DNA of 64,000 bases. Origin: Alphaproteobacteria bacterium. GTDB lineage: Bacteria; Pseudomonadota; Alphaproteobacteria; UBA828. Every line of letters starts with the position of its first letter. Within the stretch, counting starts at the first letter, position 1. The translations under genes and the position numbers were made by a program. The stretch is taken from contig CAXXMU010000006.1 of NCBI GenBank assembly GCA_963667785.2, forward strand, positions 384,001 through 448,000. Direction: 5' to 3'. Shown here one piece after another: positions 32,489 through 42,900 of the stretch. The notes under the pieces were generated by a model. It saw only the letters and a list, made by a program, of their open reading frames with translations. It made no database searches and was not told the DNA's origin.

Positions 32489-32707
32489 ATGACGATGTCG
32501 CTCGCGCCTCAAAGACGGACCAAGTGGGATGCGCGGCGTGAAGCCGCCAGGAATGTGGACCGCGGACCGGGGATGATCTCGCTCTCTGACGAGCTCGCCG
32601 AACTGGACCGGCTGGAAGCTCAGGAGAGCCAGCGCCGCTGCCTGCGTTGTGGCCGCCTCTTCGACAGCGCGGGGCCGGGCAACCGGCTCTGCGGTTCATG
32701 CCGCTAG
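32489..32707 (+). CDS. Small Zn-ribbon protein (CxxC-x13-CxxC)
   Basis: C-terminal RRCLRCGRLFDSAGPGNRLCGSCR; ends 13 bp before the next gene. Confidence 0.65.
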   Translation: MTMSLAPQRRTKWDARREAARNVDRGPGMISLSDELAELDRLEAQESQRRCLRCGRLFDSAGPGNRLCGSCR

Positions 32708-32720
32708 TGCCGTCTCCCTG

Positions 32721-34079
32721 ATGGCCGACGAGGGCGCGCCCTTCCGCCATCCCATAGACTGGCGAAACCCCGACTTCTACGACAGCGGATCTCTCGAGCG
32801 GGAGACGCGCCGGGTCTTCGACATCTGCCACGGCTGCCGGCGCTGCTTCAATCTCTGCGATTCCTTCCCCCGCCTGTTCGATCTGGTCGACGAATCCGAG
32901 ACGGGCGAACTCGATTCCGTCGATTCGTCCGGCTTCAAGGCGGTTGCGGACGCCTGCACGCTCTGCGACATGTGCTTCATGACCATGTGCCCCTACACGC
33001 CGCCGCACGAGTGGAACGTCGATTTCCCGCATCTCATGCTGCGCCATCGCGCCGCCGACCGCCGCGCGGGCCGGCGCCACACCAGAGCGTCCCGGCAGCT
33101 CTCGGAAACCGATCGCAACGGCAGGCTCGGCCGCGCGCTGGCGCCGCTGATGAACTGGGGCTCGGACCGGGGCAACCGCCTCACGCGGGCGCTGATGGAG
33201 GCAGTCGCGGGCGTCCACCGCGAGGCGCCGCTGCCGCGCTACCACCGCCGCACCATGCTCGACCGCGCGCGCAGGGCGCCGCGGGCAGTCAATCGGCAGG
33301 CACCGGCCTTCGGGCGCAAGGCGGTGATCTACGCGACCTGCTTCGGCAACTACAATCAGCCGGAGGTGGGCGCCGCGGCGCGCGCCGTGCTGGCGCGGAA
33401 CGGCGTCGAGACCGCCGTCGTCTATCCCCGCTGCTGCGGCATGCCGCAGCTCGAGGAAGGCAATATCGAGAGGGTCGCCGAGGGCGCCCGGCAGACGGCG
33501 CAGGCGCTCGGCGAATGGATCGACCGGGGCTACGACGTCATCGCCCTGGTGGCGAGCTGTGCGCTCATGCTCAAGCTCGAATGGCCGCTCATCCTGCCGG
33601 AGGATCCGGCGGTGGAGAGGCTGTCCAAGCACAGCCACGACATCTGCGAGTATGTCGTCTCCATCGCCCGCTCGGACGGGCTGGCACCGGGGCTCGCGCC
33701 GCTCGACGGTGCCGTCACGCTCCATCTGCCTTGCCACGAGCGGGCCCAGAACATCGGCCGCAAGTCCGCCGACATGCTGGCGCTGGTGCCGGAGACCGAG
33801 GTCTCGATCATCGAGCGCTGCTCGGGCCATGGCGGCTCGATCGGAGTCACTAAGGGCTTCCACGAGACCGCGCTCAAGGTCGGCCGGGCCACCGCGCGCC
33901 GGGCACGCGAGGCCGCCAATCCCTACCTCGCCTCGGAATGTCCGCTCGCCGGCGCCCATATCGTGAACGGTATCTCCCGCCAGGCGGCCAAGGACGGCGA
34001 TCCCGCAGCCGGTGCGCCCGCCGCCGGACGCGCCCACCACCCGATCGAGCTGCTGGCGCGCGCGTACGGGCTGGCCTGA
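32721..34079 (+). CDS. Fe-S oxidoreductase, GlpC/HdrD-like (rubrerythrin-associated type)
   Basis: CHGCRRCFNLC, CTLCDMC...CPY, CCG domain (CCGMP), CSGHGG. Confidence 0.9.
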   Translation: MADEGAPFRHPIDWRNPDFYDSGSLERETRRVFDICHGCRRCFNLCDSFPRLFDLVDESETGELDSVDSSGFKAVADACTLCDMCFMTMCPYTPPHEWNVDFPHLMLRHRAADRRAGRRHTRASRQLSETDRNGRLGRALAPLMNWGSDRGNRLTRALMEAVAGVHREAPLPRYHRRTMLDRARRAPRAVNRQAPAFGRKAVIYATCFGNYNQPEVGAAARAVLARNGVETAVVYPRCCGMPQLEEGNIERVAEGARQTAQALGEWIDRGYDVIALVASCALMLKLEWPLILPEDPAVERLSKHSHDICEYVVSIARSDGLAPGLAPLDGAVTLHLPCHERAQNIGRKSADMLALVPETEVSIIERCSGHGGSIGVTKGFHETALKVGRATARRAREAANPYLASECPLAGAHIVNGISRQAAKDGDPAAGAPAAGRAHHPIELLARAYGLA

Positions 34080-34080
34080 G

Positions 34081-34692
34081 ATGACGAGCCCGCCGCGCCG
34101 CGCGCTGACCCGCGACGACATCATGGACATGGCGGACTATGCCAGCATCCGCGGGGAACGGCGCGCCACCATCACCGCGCTCAAGCGCCACCGCCGGCTC
34201 GCCGTCGGCCCCTTCGCCACCTTCCACTTCGAGTGCTTCGAGACCATGTGGATGCAGGTGCACGAGATGCTCCACATCGAGCGCGGCGGCGAGGAGCAGA
34301 TTGCCGGAGAGCTCGAGGCCTACAACCCGCTGATACCGCCCGGCGACGCCCTTGTCGCGACGCTCATGCTGGAGATCGACGACCCCGTACGCCGGGAGCG
34401 CGAGCTCTACCGCCTGGCGGGGATCGAGGAGTCCATCCGGATGGAGGTCGCGGGCGGCGGCACGGTCGCCGCGGTGCCCATCGAGGACGAGGTGGCGCGG
34501 ACGAGCGAGGACGGCAAGACCTCCTCGATCCACTTCCTCCGCTTCCCCTTCCCGCCCGCGGACGCCGCGCGCTTCCGCACGGCGGGAACCCGCGTCCTGC
34601 TCGGCATCGAGCACCCGGCCTACGGCCACCTCGCCGTGATGCCGGAGGAAACCCGCGCCGCGCTCGCCGACGATCTCGACGCAGGCGCCTGA
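34081..34692 (+). CDS. DUF3501 family protein
   Basis: KRHRRLAVGP, QVHEMLHIE, AYNPLIP, GKTSSIHFLRF; follows the Fe-S oxidoreductase. Confidence 0.88.
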   Translation: MTSPPRRALTRDDIMDMADYASIRGERRATITALKRHRRLAVGPFATFHFECFETMWMQVHEMLHIERGGEEQIAGELEAYNPLIPPGDALVATLMLEIDDPVRRERELYRLAGIEESIRMEVAGGGTVAAVPIEDEVARTSEDGKTSSIHFLRFPFPPADAARFRTAGTRVLLGIEHPAYGHLAVMPEETRAALADDLDAGA

Positions 34693-34699
34693 GGTGCCC

Positions 34700-35302
34700 T
34701 CAGGGCGCCGGCAGCACGGCGCCCCAGAGAGCGGTGCTGCGCACCCATCCCTCCTCGCCGGCGAGCGCGATGCGGCACCAGCCGTCCTCGCAGCCGAGCA
34801 GATCGGCGATGACGCCGGGCTCGGCCCTGAGCACCGCCGGCGCGTCCGCCGACGGGCGCTCGCGGACGGTCTGCTCCTCGTCCATGATGAGCACCGTGCG
34901 CTCCACCGACAGCAGCGACTTGTGCATCCAGCCCTTGGTACCCTCGTGATCGCGCACCCAGCGCCATTGGTCGAAGTGCGCGATCACCAGCAGCGGCAGG
35001 CCCTGGCGCCTGTAGACCCAGTCGATGGGATAGCGCCGCCCCGGTCCGACCCGGAGATTGGCGACCTCTGCGCGGAGCGAGACGAAGCGCTGGCCCTGGT
35101 CGTCGCTCGCCCGCGCGCCGGCGGTCTCCACGCCTGCCGCAACGATGCCCGCCAGCGCCGCGGCAAGGGCGAGCCGCCGCGCCGTGCTCAGGACGCGCGC
35201 CGGGAAGCGGACGGGCGGCCGCGGCGCCCGGGCACCGCTGCGGCGGCCCTTGCGAACGGTCATGGCGGGCATCGGATCCCGCGCGGCAGATTGAGTCGCC
35301 AT
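34700..35302 (-). CDS. Bacterial SH3-domain protein
   Basis: RFVSL...NLRVGPG.RYPIDW, GWMHKSLLS, GWVRSTALWG; start uncertain. Confidence 0.85.
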   Translation of the reverse strand: MATQSAARDPMPAMTVRKGRRSGARAPRPPVRFPARVLSTARRLALAAALAGIVAAGVETAGARASDDQGQRFVSLRAEVANLRVGPGRRYPIDWVYRRQGLPLLVIAHFDQWRWVRDHEGTKGWMHKSLLSVERTVLIMDEEQTVRERPSADAPAVLRAEPGVIADLLGCEDGWCRIALAGEEGWVRSTALWGAVLPAP

Positions 35303-35370
35303 GGGGCGTTTGCTAAACAGGCTGCCGGTTGCGGTCGGGTCGAGCCCGCCGGGCCGCGCGCGGAGGGTCG

Positions 35371-36360
35371 ATGAGACCTGGCAGAAAGCTCAAGGTGATC
35401 GTGACGCGGCGTCTCCCCCGGGAGATCGAGGCGCGCATGATGGAGCTTTTCGACACCCGACTCAATGAGGACGATCGGCCGCTCGACCGTGAGGCCATGC
35501 AGCGCGCGGTGGCTGACGCCGACGTGCTGGTGCCGACGGTGACGGATACGATCGACGGCGCCCTGCTCGGCCACGCCGGCCCAGACCTGAAGCTGATCGC
35601 GAGTTTCGGCACCGGCGTCGATCACATCGACCTCGCAGCCGCCAGGGAGCGCAGCATCCTGGTGACCAACACGCCGGGCGTGCTGACCGAGGACACCGCC
35701 GACATGACCATGGCGCTCATCCTCGCCGTGCCGCGCCGGCTTTCCGAAGGCGAGCGGCTGCTGCGCGGCGGCGACTGGCAGGGATGGGCGCCGACCACCA
35801 TGCTGGGCCATCGCATCTGGGGCAAGCGCCTCGGCATCATCGGCATGGGGCGGATCGGCCAAGCCGTCGCCCGACGCGCGCGCGGCTTCGGCCTCTCCAT
35901 TCACTATCACAACCGGAACCGGCTGGACGAGGAGACCGAGCACGAGCTCGAGGCGACCTGGTGGCAAAGCCTGGACCAGATGCTCGCGCACATGGACTTC
36001 GTCTCCATTCACTGCCCCAGCACGCCTGCGACCTACCATCTGCTGTCGGCGCGCAGGCTCGGGCTGCTGCGCCCGCAAGCCTATGTCATCAACACCTCGC
36101 GCGGCCATGCGATCGACGAGGCGGCGCTGGTGCGGCTGCTCGATGCCGGCCGGATCGCGGGCGCGGGCCTCGACGTCTACGAGAACGAGCCCGTGGTCAC
36201 GCCGAAGCTGCTCACGCTCGACAACGTGGTGGCTCTCCCCCATATCGGCTCGGCCACGATCGAGGGGCGCCTCGACATGGGCGAGAAGGTGCTGATCAAC
36301 ATCCAGACATTCGCGGACGGGCACAACCCGCCAGACCGGGTCATCGATCCGGCCGAGTGA
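35371..36360 (+). CDS. D-2-hydroxyacid (glyoxylate/hydroxypyruvate) reductase
   Basis: TNTPGVLT, GMGRIG, INTSRG, LDVYENEP, LPHIGSAT. Confidence 0.92.
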   Translation: MRPGRKLKVIVTRRLPREIEARMMELFDTRLNEDDRPLDREAMQRAVADADVLVPTVTDTIDGALLGHAGPDLKLIASFGTGVDHIDLAAARERSILVTNTPGVLTEDTADMTMALILAVPRRLSEGERLLRGGDWQGWAPTTMLGHRIWGKRLGIIGMGRIGQAVARRARGFGLSIHYHNRNRLDEETEHELEATWWQSLDQMLAHMDFVSIHCPSTPATYHLLSARRLGLLRPQAYVINTSRGHAIDEAALVRLLDAGRIAGAGLDVYENEPVVTPKLLTLDNVVALPHIGSATIEGRLDMGEKVLINIQTFADGHNPPDRVIDPAE

Positions 36361-36389
36361 CGGGCGCCGGCGAACGGGAGGAGGCGACG

Positions 36390-37142
36390 ATGATGTTTGC
36401 CGAACGCGTAGCCGTCGTGACCGGCGGCGGCTCGGGCATCGGCCGGGCGACCGTCGTGGCGCTGGCTGCCGAGGGCGCGGCGGTGCTGGTCGCCGACATC
36501 GACGAGAGCGGCGGCGAGGAGGTTGCCTCAGAAGTTCGGGCGGGCGGTGGCCGGGCGGCCTTCATGCGCGTCGACGTGGCCGAGGAGGGGCAGGTCACGG
36601 CCATGGTGGAGCGTGCCATGAGCGACTTCGGCCGCCTCGACCTCGCCTACAACAACGCCGGCATCGAAGGACCGCAGGCGCTGCTGGCGGAGCAGGACAT
36701 GGCGGACGTCCAGCACGTCTTCGACGTCATGATCGAGGGCGTCTATCTCTGCATGCAGGCAGAGATCCCGGCGATGCTGGAATCGGGCGGCGGCTCGATC
36801 GTCAACGCCGGCTCGATGTGGGGGCTGGCCGCCTACCCGCGCTGGTCGCCCTACATGACCGCAAAGCACGCGGTCTCCGGCATGACGCGGGCGGCGGCGC
36901 TCGACTACGCGAAAGACGGCATCCGGGTGAACGCGGTGGCGCCGGGGCCGATCCTGACGCCGCTTCTGCTGCGCGGCTGGGACAACGACCCCGCACAGGC
37001 CTCGGGCCGGGTGCCGATGGGCCGGATCGGCCGGCCGGAGGAGGTGGCGGACGCGGTGGTCTGGCTGCTCTCGGACAAGGCGAGCTTCGTCACCGGCCAC
37101 GTGCTGCCGGTGGACGGCGGCATGCTGGCGGAAAAAGGCTGA
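36390..37142 (+). CDS. SDR family oxidoreductase
   Basis: TGGGSGIG, NNAG, YMTAK (YxxxK), RVNAVAPG; GGAGG RBS. Confidence 0.92.
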   Translation: MMFAERVAVVTGGGSGIGRATVVALAAEGAAVLVADIDESGGEEVASEVRAGGGRAAFMRVDVAEEGQVTAMVERAMSDFGRLDLAYNNAGIEGPQALLAEQDMADVQHVFDVMIEGVYLCMQAEIPAMLESGGGSIVNAGSMWGLAAYPRWSPYMTAKHAVSGMTRAAALDYAKDGIRVNAVAPGPILTPLLLRGWDNDPAQASGRVPMGRIGRPEEVADAVVWLLSDKASFVTGHVLPVDGGMLAEKG

Positions 37143-37176
37143 ACGCGCGGCCCTGCCCTTCTCGTTCCTCTCCACC

Positions 37177-38634
37177 TCAATCCCGCCAGAAGCGGGGGAC
37201 GAACAGCACCAGCACGGTGAAGAGCTCGAGCCGGCCCAGCAGCATGGCCGCCGACAGCAGCCACTTCGCCGGCTCCGGCAGGGGCTGGAAGGTGCCCGAC
37301 GGGCCGATGGTCTCGCCGAGGCCCGGGCCGACATTGGCGATCGCCGTGGCCGCGCCGCTGATGCTCGTCACATAGTCGAGGCCCATCAGCGCGAGCCCCA
37401 TGGCGATCAGGCCGAAACTCACCATGAACAGGAAGAAGAACCCCATCACCGCCGGCGGCACGCTTTCGGGGATCGGCCGCCTGTTGAACTTGCTGAGAAA
37501 GACGCCGTGGGGCTGGATGAGCTGGCGGATCTGCACCCAGGAGGTCGAGGCGAGGACCTGGATGCGGAAGACCTTGACGCCGCCCGTGGTGGCCCCGGTA
37601 CAGCCGCCGATGAACATGAGGAGCGTGAAGACCGGGAGCGCGAAGGTGCCCCAGGCGGAGAAGTCGGCGGTGGAGTACCCGGTGCCGGTCAGTATCGAGA
37701 TGCCGTTGAAGGCCGCCTCGCGAAACGCATCGGTGGCCGCGGCATCGTTGGCCACCATCTGCCAGCCCGCGAGCGAGAGCAGGGCGAACAGCACCAGCCC
37801 GAAGAACCAGCGCACCTGCGTATCGCGCACCAGCGCCACCCAGCCGCCGCGCGCGGCCTGCAGGTAGAGCACGAAGGGCAGCGAGCCCAGCACCATGTAG
37901 ACGGTGGCGATGCCCTCGATGGCGTCGTTGCGGAAGTGACCGAGGGAATCGTCCGAGGTCGAGAAGCCACCGGTGGCGATGGTGGTCATGGCGTGGCAAA
38001 CCGCCTCGAACGGGGTCATGCCGGCAGCCCAGTAGGCGATGCCGTTGCTGATCGTGAGACCGAGATAGACCATGCCGATGGCGCCGGCGAGCTGGGCCGC
38101 ACGGGGGAGCACCTTCTCGGAGCTGTCCGACGATTCCGTGTGGAAGAGCTGCATGCCGCCGACCCGCAGCATCGGCAGGATCGCGATCGCCGTGACGATG
38201 ATGCCGATGCCGCCGAGCCACTGCAGCAGCGCACGCCAGAGAAGAATGCCGGGCGGCGCCTCGTCGAGGCCGACGATCACCGTGGAGCCGGTCGTGGTGA
38301 GCCCCGACATCGCCTCGAAATAGGCGTCGGAATAGCTCAGATTCAGGTCGGAGAACGCGAACGGCAGGGCCGCGAAGGCGGCCACCACCACCCAGCTCAC
38401 CGTGGTCAGCACGAAGGCCTGGCGCACGCTCAGCCGCGGCTCCCGCATCCTGAAGGCGAGCACCAGGCAGGTGCCGATGAAGAGAGTGAAGACGCTCGCC
38501 GCGAGAAAGACCCGCCAGTGGGGATTGGCCGTCACCCCGTCGGCGATCGCGGGCAGCACCATCGCGAGCGACAGCGTTATCAGCAGAATGCCGACGACGA
38601 AGAGAACCGGCCGGAGGTCCCTGACGGAGCCCAT
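37177..38634 (-). CDS. trkH: Trk potassium uptake membrane protein
   Basis: FEAMSGLTTTG, QWLGGIG, FIGGCTGATTGGVK, NVGPGLG, GRLELF. Confidence 0.94.
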   Translation of the reverse strand: MGSVRDLRPVLFVVGILLITLSLAMVLPAIADGVTANPHWRVFLAASVFTLFIGTCLVLAFRMREPRLSVRQAFVLTTVSWVVVAAFAALPFAFSDLNLSYSDAYFEAMSGLTTTGSTVIVGLDEAPPGILLWRALLQWLGGIGIIVTAIAILPMLRVGGMQLFHTESSDSSEKVLPRAAQLAGAIGMVYLGLTISNGIAYWAAGMTPFEAVCHAMTTIATGGFSTSDDSLGHFRNDAIEGIATVYMVLGSLPFVLYLQAARGGWVALVRDTQVRWFFGLVLFALLSLAGWQMVANDAAATDAFREAAFNGISILTGTGYSTADFSAWGTFALPVFTLLMFIGGCTGATTGGVKVFRIQVLASTSWVQIRQLIQPHGVFLSKFNRRPIPESVPPAVMGFFFLFMVSFGLIAMGLALMGLDYVTSISGAATAIANVGPGLGETIGPSGTFQPLPEPAKWLLSAAMLLGRLELFTVLVLFVPRFWRD

Positions 38635-38688
38635 CGGACGGCGCGAAAGCGGTGGCGGCTGCCCGGCGAAGCCGCCGGGCCGTGCGTC

Positions 38689-39339
38689 CTAGCGGGGGAC
38701 GGACACCGCCGGGTTCCCGATCATGCTGAGAAACTCGCGGCGGGTCTTCGGGTCCGTCCGAAACGTGCCGAGCATGCGACTCGTCACCATGAGGACTCCC
38801 TCCTTGCGCACGCCTCGTGTCGTCATGCAGTGGTGGGCTGCCTCGATCACGACACCGACGCCACGCGGCTGCAGCACCGTCTCGATGGAATCGGCGATCT
38901 CGGCGGTCATCTTCTCCTGGATCTGGAGGCGCCGGGCGAACAGGTCGACCACCCGCGCGAGCTTGCTGATGCCCACCACGCGATTGTCCGGCAGGTAACC
39001 GATATGGGCGCGGCCGACGATCGGCGCCACGTGGTGCTCGCAGTGCGAGCGGAAGTCGATGTCGCGGAGCACGACCATCTCGTCATAGCCGTTGGTTTCC
39101 TCGAAGGTGCGCCGCAGGATCGCGACCGGATCCTGGCCGTATCCGCTGAAATACTCCTCAAAGGCGCGCACCACCCGCTTGGGCGTATCCAGCAGCCCCT
39201 CGCGCCGCGGGTCGTCGCCGGCCCAGCGGAGCAGCACGCGGACCGCCTGCTCGGCCTCCTCCCTCGTCGGCTGCACGCCGGCGACACGGGGCATATCGTC
39301 CTCGGCGCCGGCTGGGGGCGCGGGCTGGCTGTCGTCCAC
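38689..39339 (-). CDS. folE: GTP cyclohydrolase I
   Basis: [37 protein letters not shown]. Confidence 0.96.
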   Translation of the reverse strand: MDDSQPAPPAGAEDDMPRVAGVQPTREEAEQAVRVLLRWAGDDPRREGLLDTPKRVVRAFEEYFSGYGQDPVAILRRTFEETNGYDEMVVLRDIDFRSHCEHHVAPIVGRAHIGYLPDNRVVGISKLARVVDLFARRLQIQEKMTAEIADSIETVLQPRGVGVVIEAAHHCMTTRGVRKEGVLMVTSRMLGTFRTDPKTRREFLSMIGNPAVSVPR

Positions 39340-39450
39340 GGGCGGTCTCCCTTCTCCGGCTCCGGGCCGGCTGTTCGCTGCACCGGGGCCGCCTGCGGCG
39401 GTCCCGGCGTCGTTCGGTTGGCGGGTCAGCGTGCCGGTAGCCCGGTCGTC

Positions 39451-39843
39451 TCAGTTGAGCTGCACGGGCGCGTCGGGCGCGTCGAGCGAGAATGCGGGAA
39501 TATCCACATCGAAGCGCTCCCCGTCCAGCGTTTCCATCTCATAGGTGCCCACCATGATCCCGGTCGAGGTGTTGAGGGGGCAGCCGCTCGTATACTCGAA
39601 GGCCTCCCCGGGCCGCAGCACCGGCTGCTCGCCCACGACCCCCGGCCCGCGCACCTCCTGGATGCGGCCGCGGCCGTCCGTAATCTGCCAGTAACGGTTC
39701 AGCAATTGGACCACGTCGTGACCGTTGTTCTGAATCCGAATGTGATAGGCAAAGACGAAATGGCTGTCGTCGGGCTCGGACTGCTCATCCAGATAGAACG
39801 GCTTCACCGTTATCTCGATGGCGCGCGTCTCCTTTTGATACAT
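39451..39843 (-). CDS. apaG: ApaG protein
   Basis: FAYHIRI, GPGVVGEQP, FEYTSG, IPAFSLD. Confidence 0.95.
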   Translation of the reverse strand: MYQKETRAIEITVKPFYLDEQSEPDDSHFVFAYHIRIQNNGHDVVQLLNRYWQITDGRGRIQEVRGPGVVGEQPVLRPGEAFEYTSGCPLNTSTGIMVGTYEMETLDGERFDVDIPAFSLDAPDAPVQLN

Positions 39844-39926
39844 CCTCATCCTCCGGGGCAGCCGGGCGGCACTATCGGCCCCGCGTCGGCATTTGTCCAG
39901 AAGGGCAGAAGGCCCGGCCGGGGCGA

Positions 39927-42900
39927 TCATTCTCCCGCCTCGGCCAGCAGCGATGCATTGCCGCCGGCTGCCGTCGTATCGACGCAGACGTGGCGCTCCA
40001 GCACGTAGCGCTCCGCCGCGCCCGGCTCAGAGATCAGCGGCAGGATGGGGCCCGGACGCCGGGCCAGCGCCGCGCGCATCGCCTGCAGCACGTCGCGCTC
40101 CGCGGCGCAGGCGACGGCGGCAATGCCGCCCACGGTGGCGAGATCCTGGGCCGCCACCTGCCCGTCGAGGACGATGACATGAGGATCGTGGGCCAGGGAC
40201 GAGAACGCCGCCGTGGCGCCCTCGGCAACCACCAGTGCGGCGTTGCCGGCATCGCGCGCCAGTGCAACCTGCGCCCGTGCCGCATCCGCACCGGGCCCGA
40301 GGCAGAGCACCACCCCGCGCGGCGCGAAGGAGAGGCGGTTGGATTCGCCCGTGGGACCGGGGAGGTCCAGCGGCGAGAACCGTTCGCCGCAGGCGCGCGC
40401 GGCTACGCCGGAACGCTGCGGACCAGGCCCGAGGCTGCGTCCGGCATCGGCAACGGCGACCTCGAGCAAGCCCCTGTCGATCACGGCGCCGGCCGGCCGG
40501 CCGCCCTGCGGTGCGGCAGCGGCGACGAGCCGGCGCACATAGTGGGGGCCGCCGGCCTTCGGCCCGGTCCCGCTCTCGCCCTCGCCGCCGAAGGGCTGGG
40601 AGCCCACCACGGCGCCGATCTGGTTGCGGTTGACGTAGATGTTGCCGGCGCGCACGCGGTCGACGATGTGCTGCACGCGATCGTCGATGCGGGTGTGCAC
40701 GCCGAAGGTGAGCCCGTAGCCGGCGGCGTTGACCGCGTCGATCACCGCATCGATCTCGTCCGTGCCGAAGCGGGCGACGTGCAGCACCGGGCCGAAGATC
40801 TCCTCGCCGAGCGCCTCAATCCCATCCACCCGCAGCACCGCAGGCGGCACGAACCGGCCCCCGCCGGGCGTATCCAGCCGCTTGAGCAGGCGCCCCTCTC
40901 CCTCGGCCTGCGCGCAGTGGGCCTCGATGCGGGCCTGCGCGTCGTCGTCGATGACCGGGCCGATATCGGTGGCGAGCGCCCAGGGATCGCCGATGCGAAG
41001 CTCGTCCATCGCACCGAAGAGCATCGCGAGCAGCCGCTCCTCGATGTCGCGCTGAACGTAGAGCACGCGCAGCGCCGAGCAGCGCTGGCCCGCGCTCTGG
41101 AAGGCGGAGACCACGATGTCGCGCACCGCCTGCTCGGGCAGGGCGGTGGAGTCGACGATCATCGCATTCAGCCCGCCGGTCTCGGCGATGAGCGGCGCGT
41201 GCGGCGCGAGGTGCGCGGCCATGGCGCGATTGATGAGCCGCGCAGTCCCGGTAGAGCCGGTGAAGCAGACCCCGTCGATGCGGGGGTCGGCCACCAGCGC
41301 GGCCCCCACGGTCTCGCCGTCGCCGGGGAGCAGCTGCACCGCATCCGGCGGAATGCCGGCCTCGTGCATGAGCCGCACCGCGCGGGCCGCGATCAGCGGC
41401 GTCTGCTCCGCCGGCTTGGCGACGACCGCGTTGCCGGCCGAGAGCGCGCCGAAGACCTGGCCGGAGAAGATCGCGAGCGGGAAGTTCCAGGGCGAGATGC
41501 AGGCGATGACGCCGCACGGGGTCGCGTCGGCGCCGGCGCACACGCGCTCCGCCTCGCTCGCGTAGAAGCGGGCGAAGTCGCAGGCCTCGCGCACTTCGGC
41601 CACGCAATCGGGCCAGGTCTTGCCCGCTTCGCGCGCCGCCAGCGCGAAGAGCTCCGCCGCATGGGCTTCGTAGAGATCGGCGACGCGGCAGAGCAGGCGC
41701 CCGCGCTCCCCGGCGCCCAGCGTGGCCCAGGCCGCGGCGCCGGCCCGTGCGGCCGCGAGCGCCGCCTCGATGTCGGCCGGCGCTGCCTGCACGACATGGC
41801 CCACGAGATCGTCGGGGTGCGCCGGGTTCCGCACCTCTTGACGTCCGGCCCCACGGGTCGTGCCCGCGATCAGCGGCCCCGCTTCCCAGGCGGCGGCGCG
41901 GAACGGCGCCCGCGCCCTCTCGATCGCGGCGACGGCGAGAGGATCGGTCAGGTCCCACCCCCTGGCATTGCGGCGCGCGGGCAGGAAGAGGGCGGCGGGC
42001 GCGGCGATACGCGGATTGGCGAACGCGCCGCCCTTCTCTTCGACCGCCGCGACCGGATCGCGCGCGATTTCTTCGGCCGTCACGCTCTCGTCCACGATCT
42101 GGTTCACGAACGAATTGTTGGCGCCGTTCTCCAGCAGGCGGCGGACGAGATAGGCGAGGAGGTCGTGATGGGCGCCCACCGGCGCATAGATGCGGCAGCG
42201 GACGCCGTGGCTGGCACGCACCGCCTCGTGCAGGGCCTCTCCCATTCCGTGCAGGCGCTGGAACTCGAAGCCCGACAGGTCGTCCGCCATGTGCAGCACC
42301 GCAGCCATGGTGTGCGCGTTGTGCGTGGCGAACTGGGGATAGAGGCGGTCCGTCATCGACAGAAGCCGGCGCGCGCACGCGAGATAGGAGACGTCGGTGC
42401 CCGCCTTGCGGGTGAAGACGGGGAAGCCGTCGAGCCCCAGCACCTGGGCGTGCTTGATCTCGCTGTCCCAGTAGGCGCCCTTGACCAGACGGACCATGAT
42501 GCGGCGCCCGTGCCGGCCGGCGAGCGCGCCGATCCAGTCGATGAGGTGCGTGGCCCGCTTGCCGTAGGCCTGCACGACGACGCCGAAGCCGTCCCAGCCG
42601 TCGAGCGCGGGCTCGCCGATGACCGCTTCCATGACGTCGAGGGAGAGGTCGAGCCGGTCGGCCTCCTCCGCGTCCACGTTGAGGCCGATACCGGCGGAGC
42701 GGGCGAGCAATGCCAGCGCGCGAATCCGCGCGACGAGCTCGGTCATCACGCGGTCGCGCTGGCCGAACTCGTAGCGGGGGTGCAGCGCGGACAGCTTGAC
42801 CGAGACGCCCGGCCGGTCGCGGATGCCCTTCCCCATTCCTGTCGCGGCGAGCGCGGTGATCGAGTCCGAGTAGGCGAGGTGATAGCGCCGCGCGTCCGCC

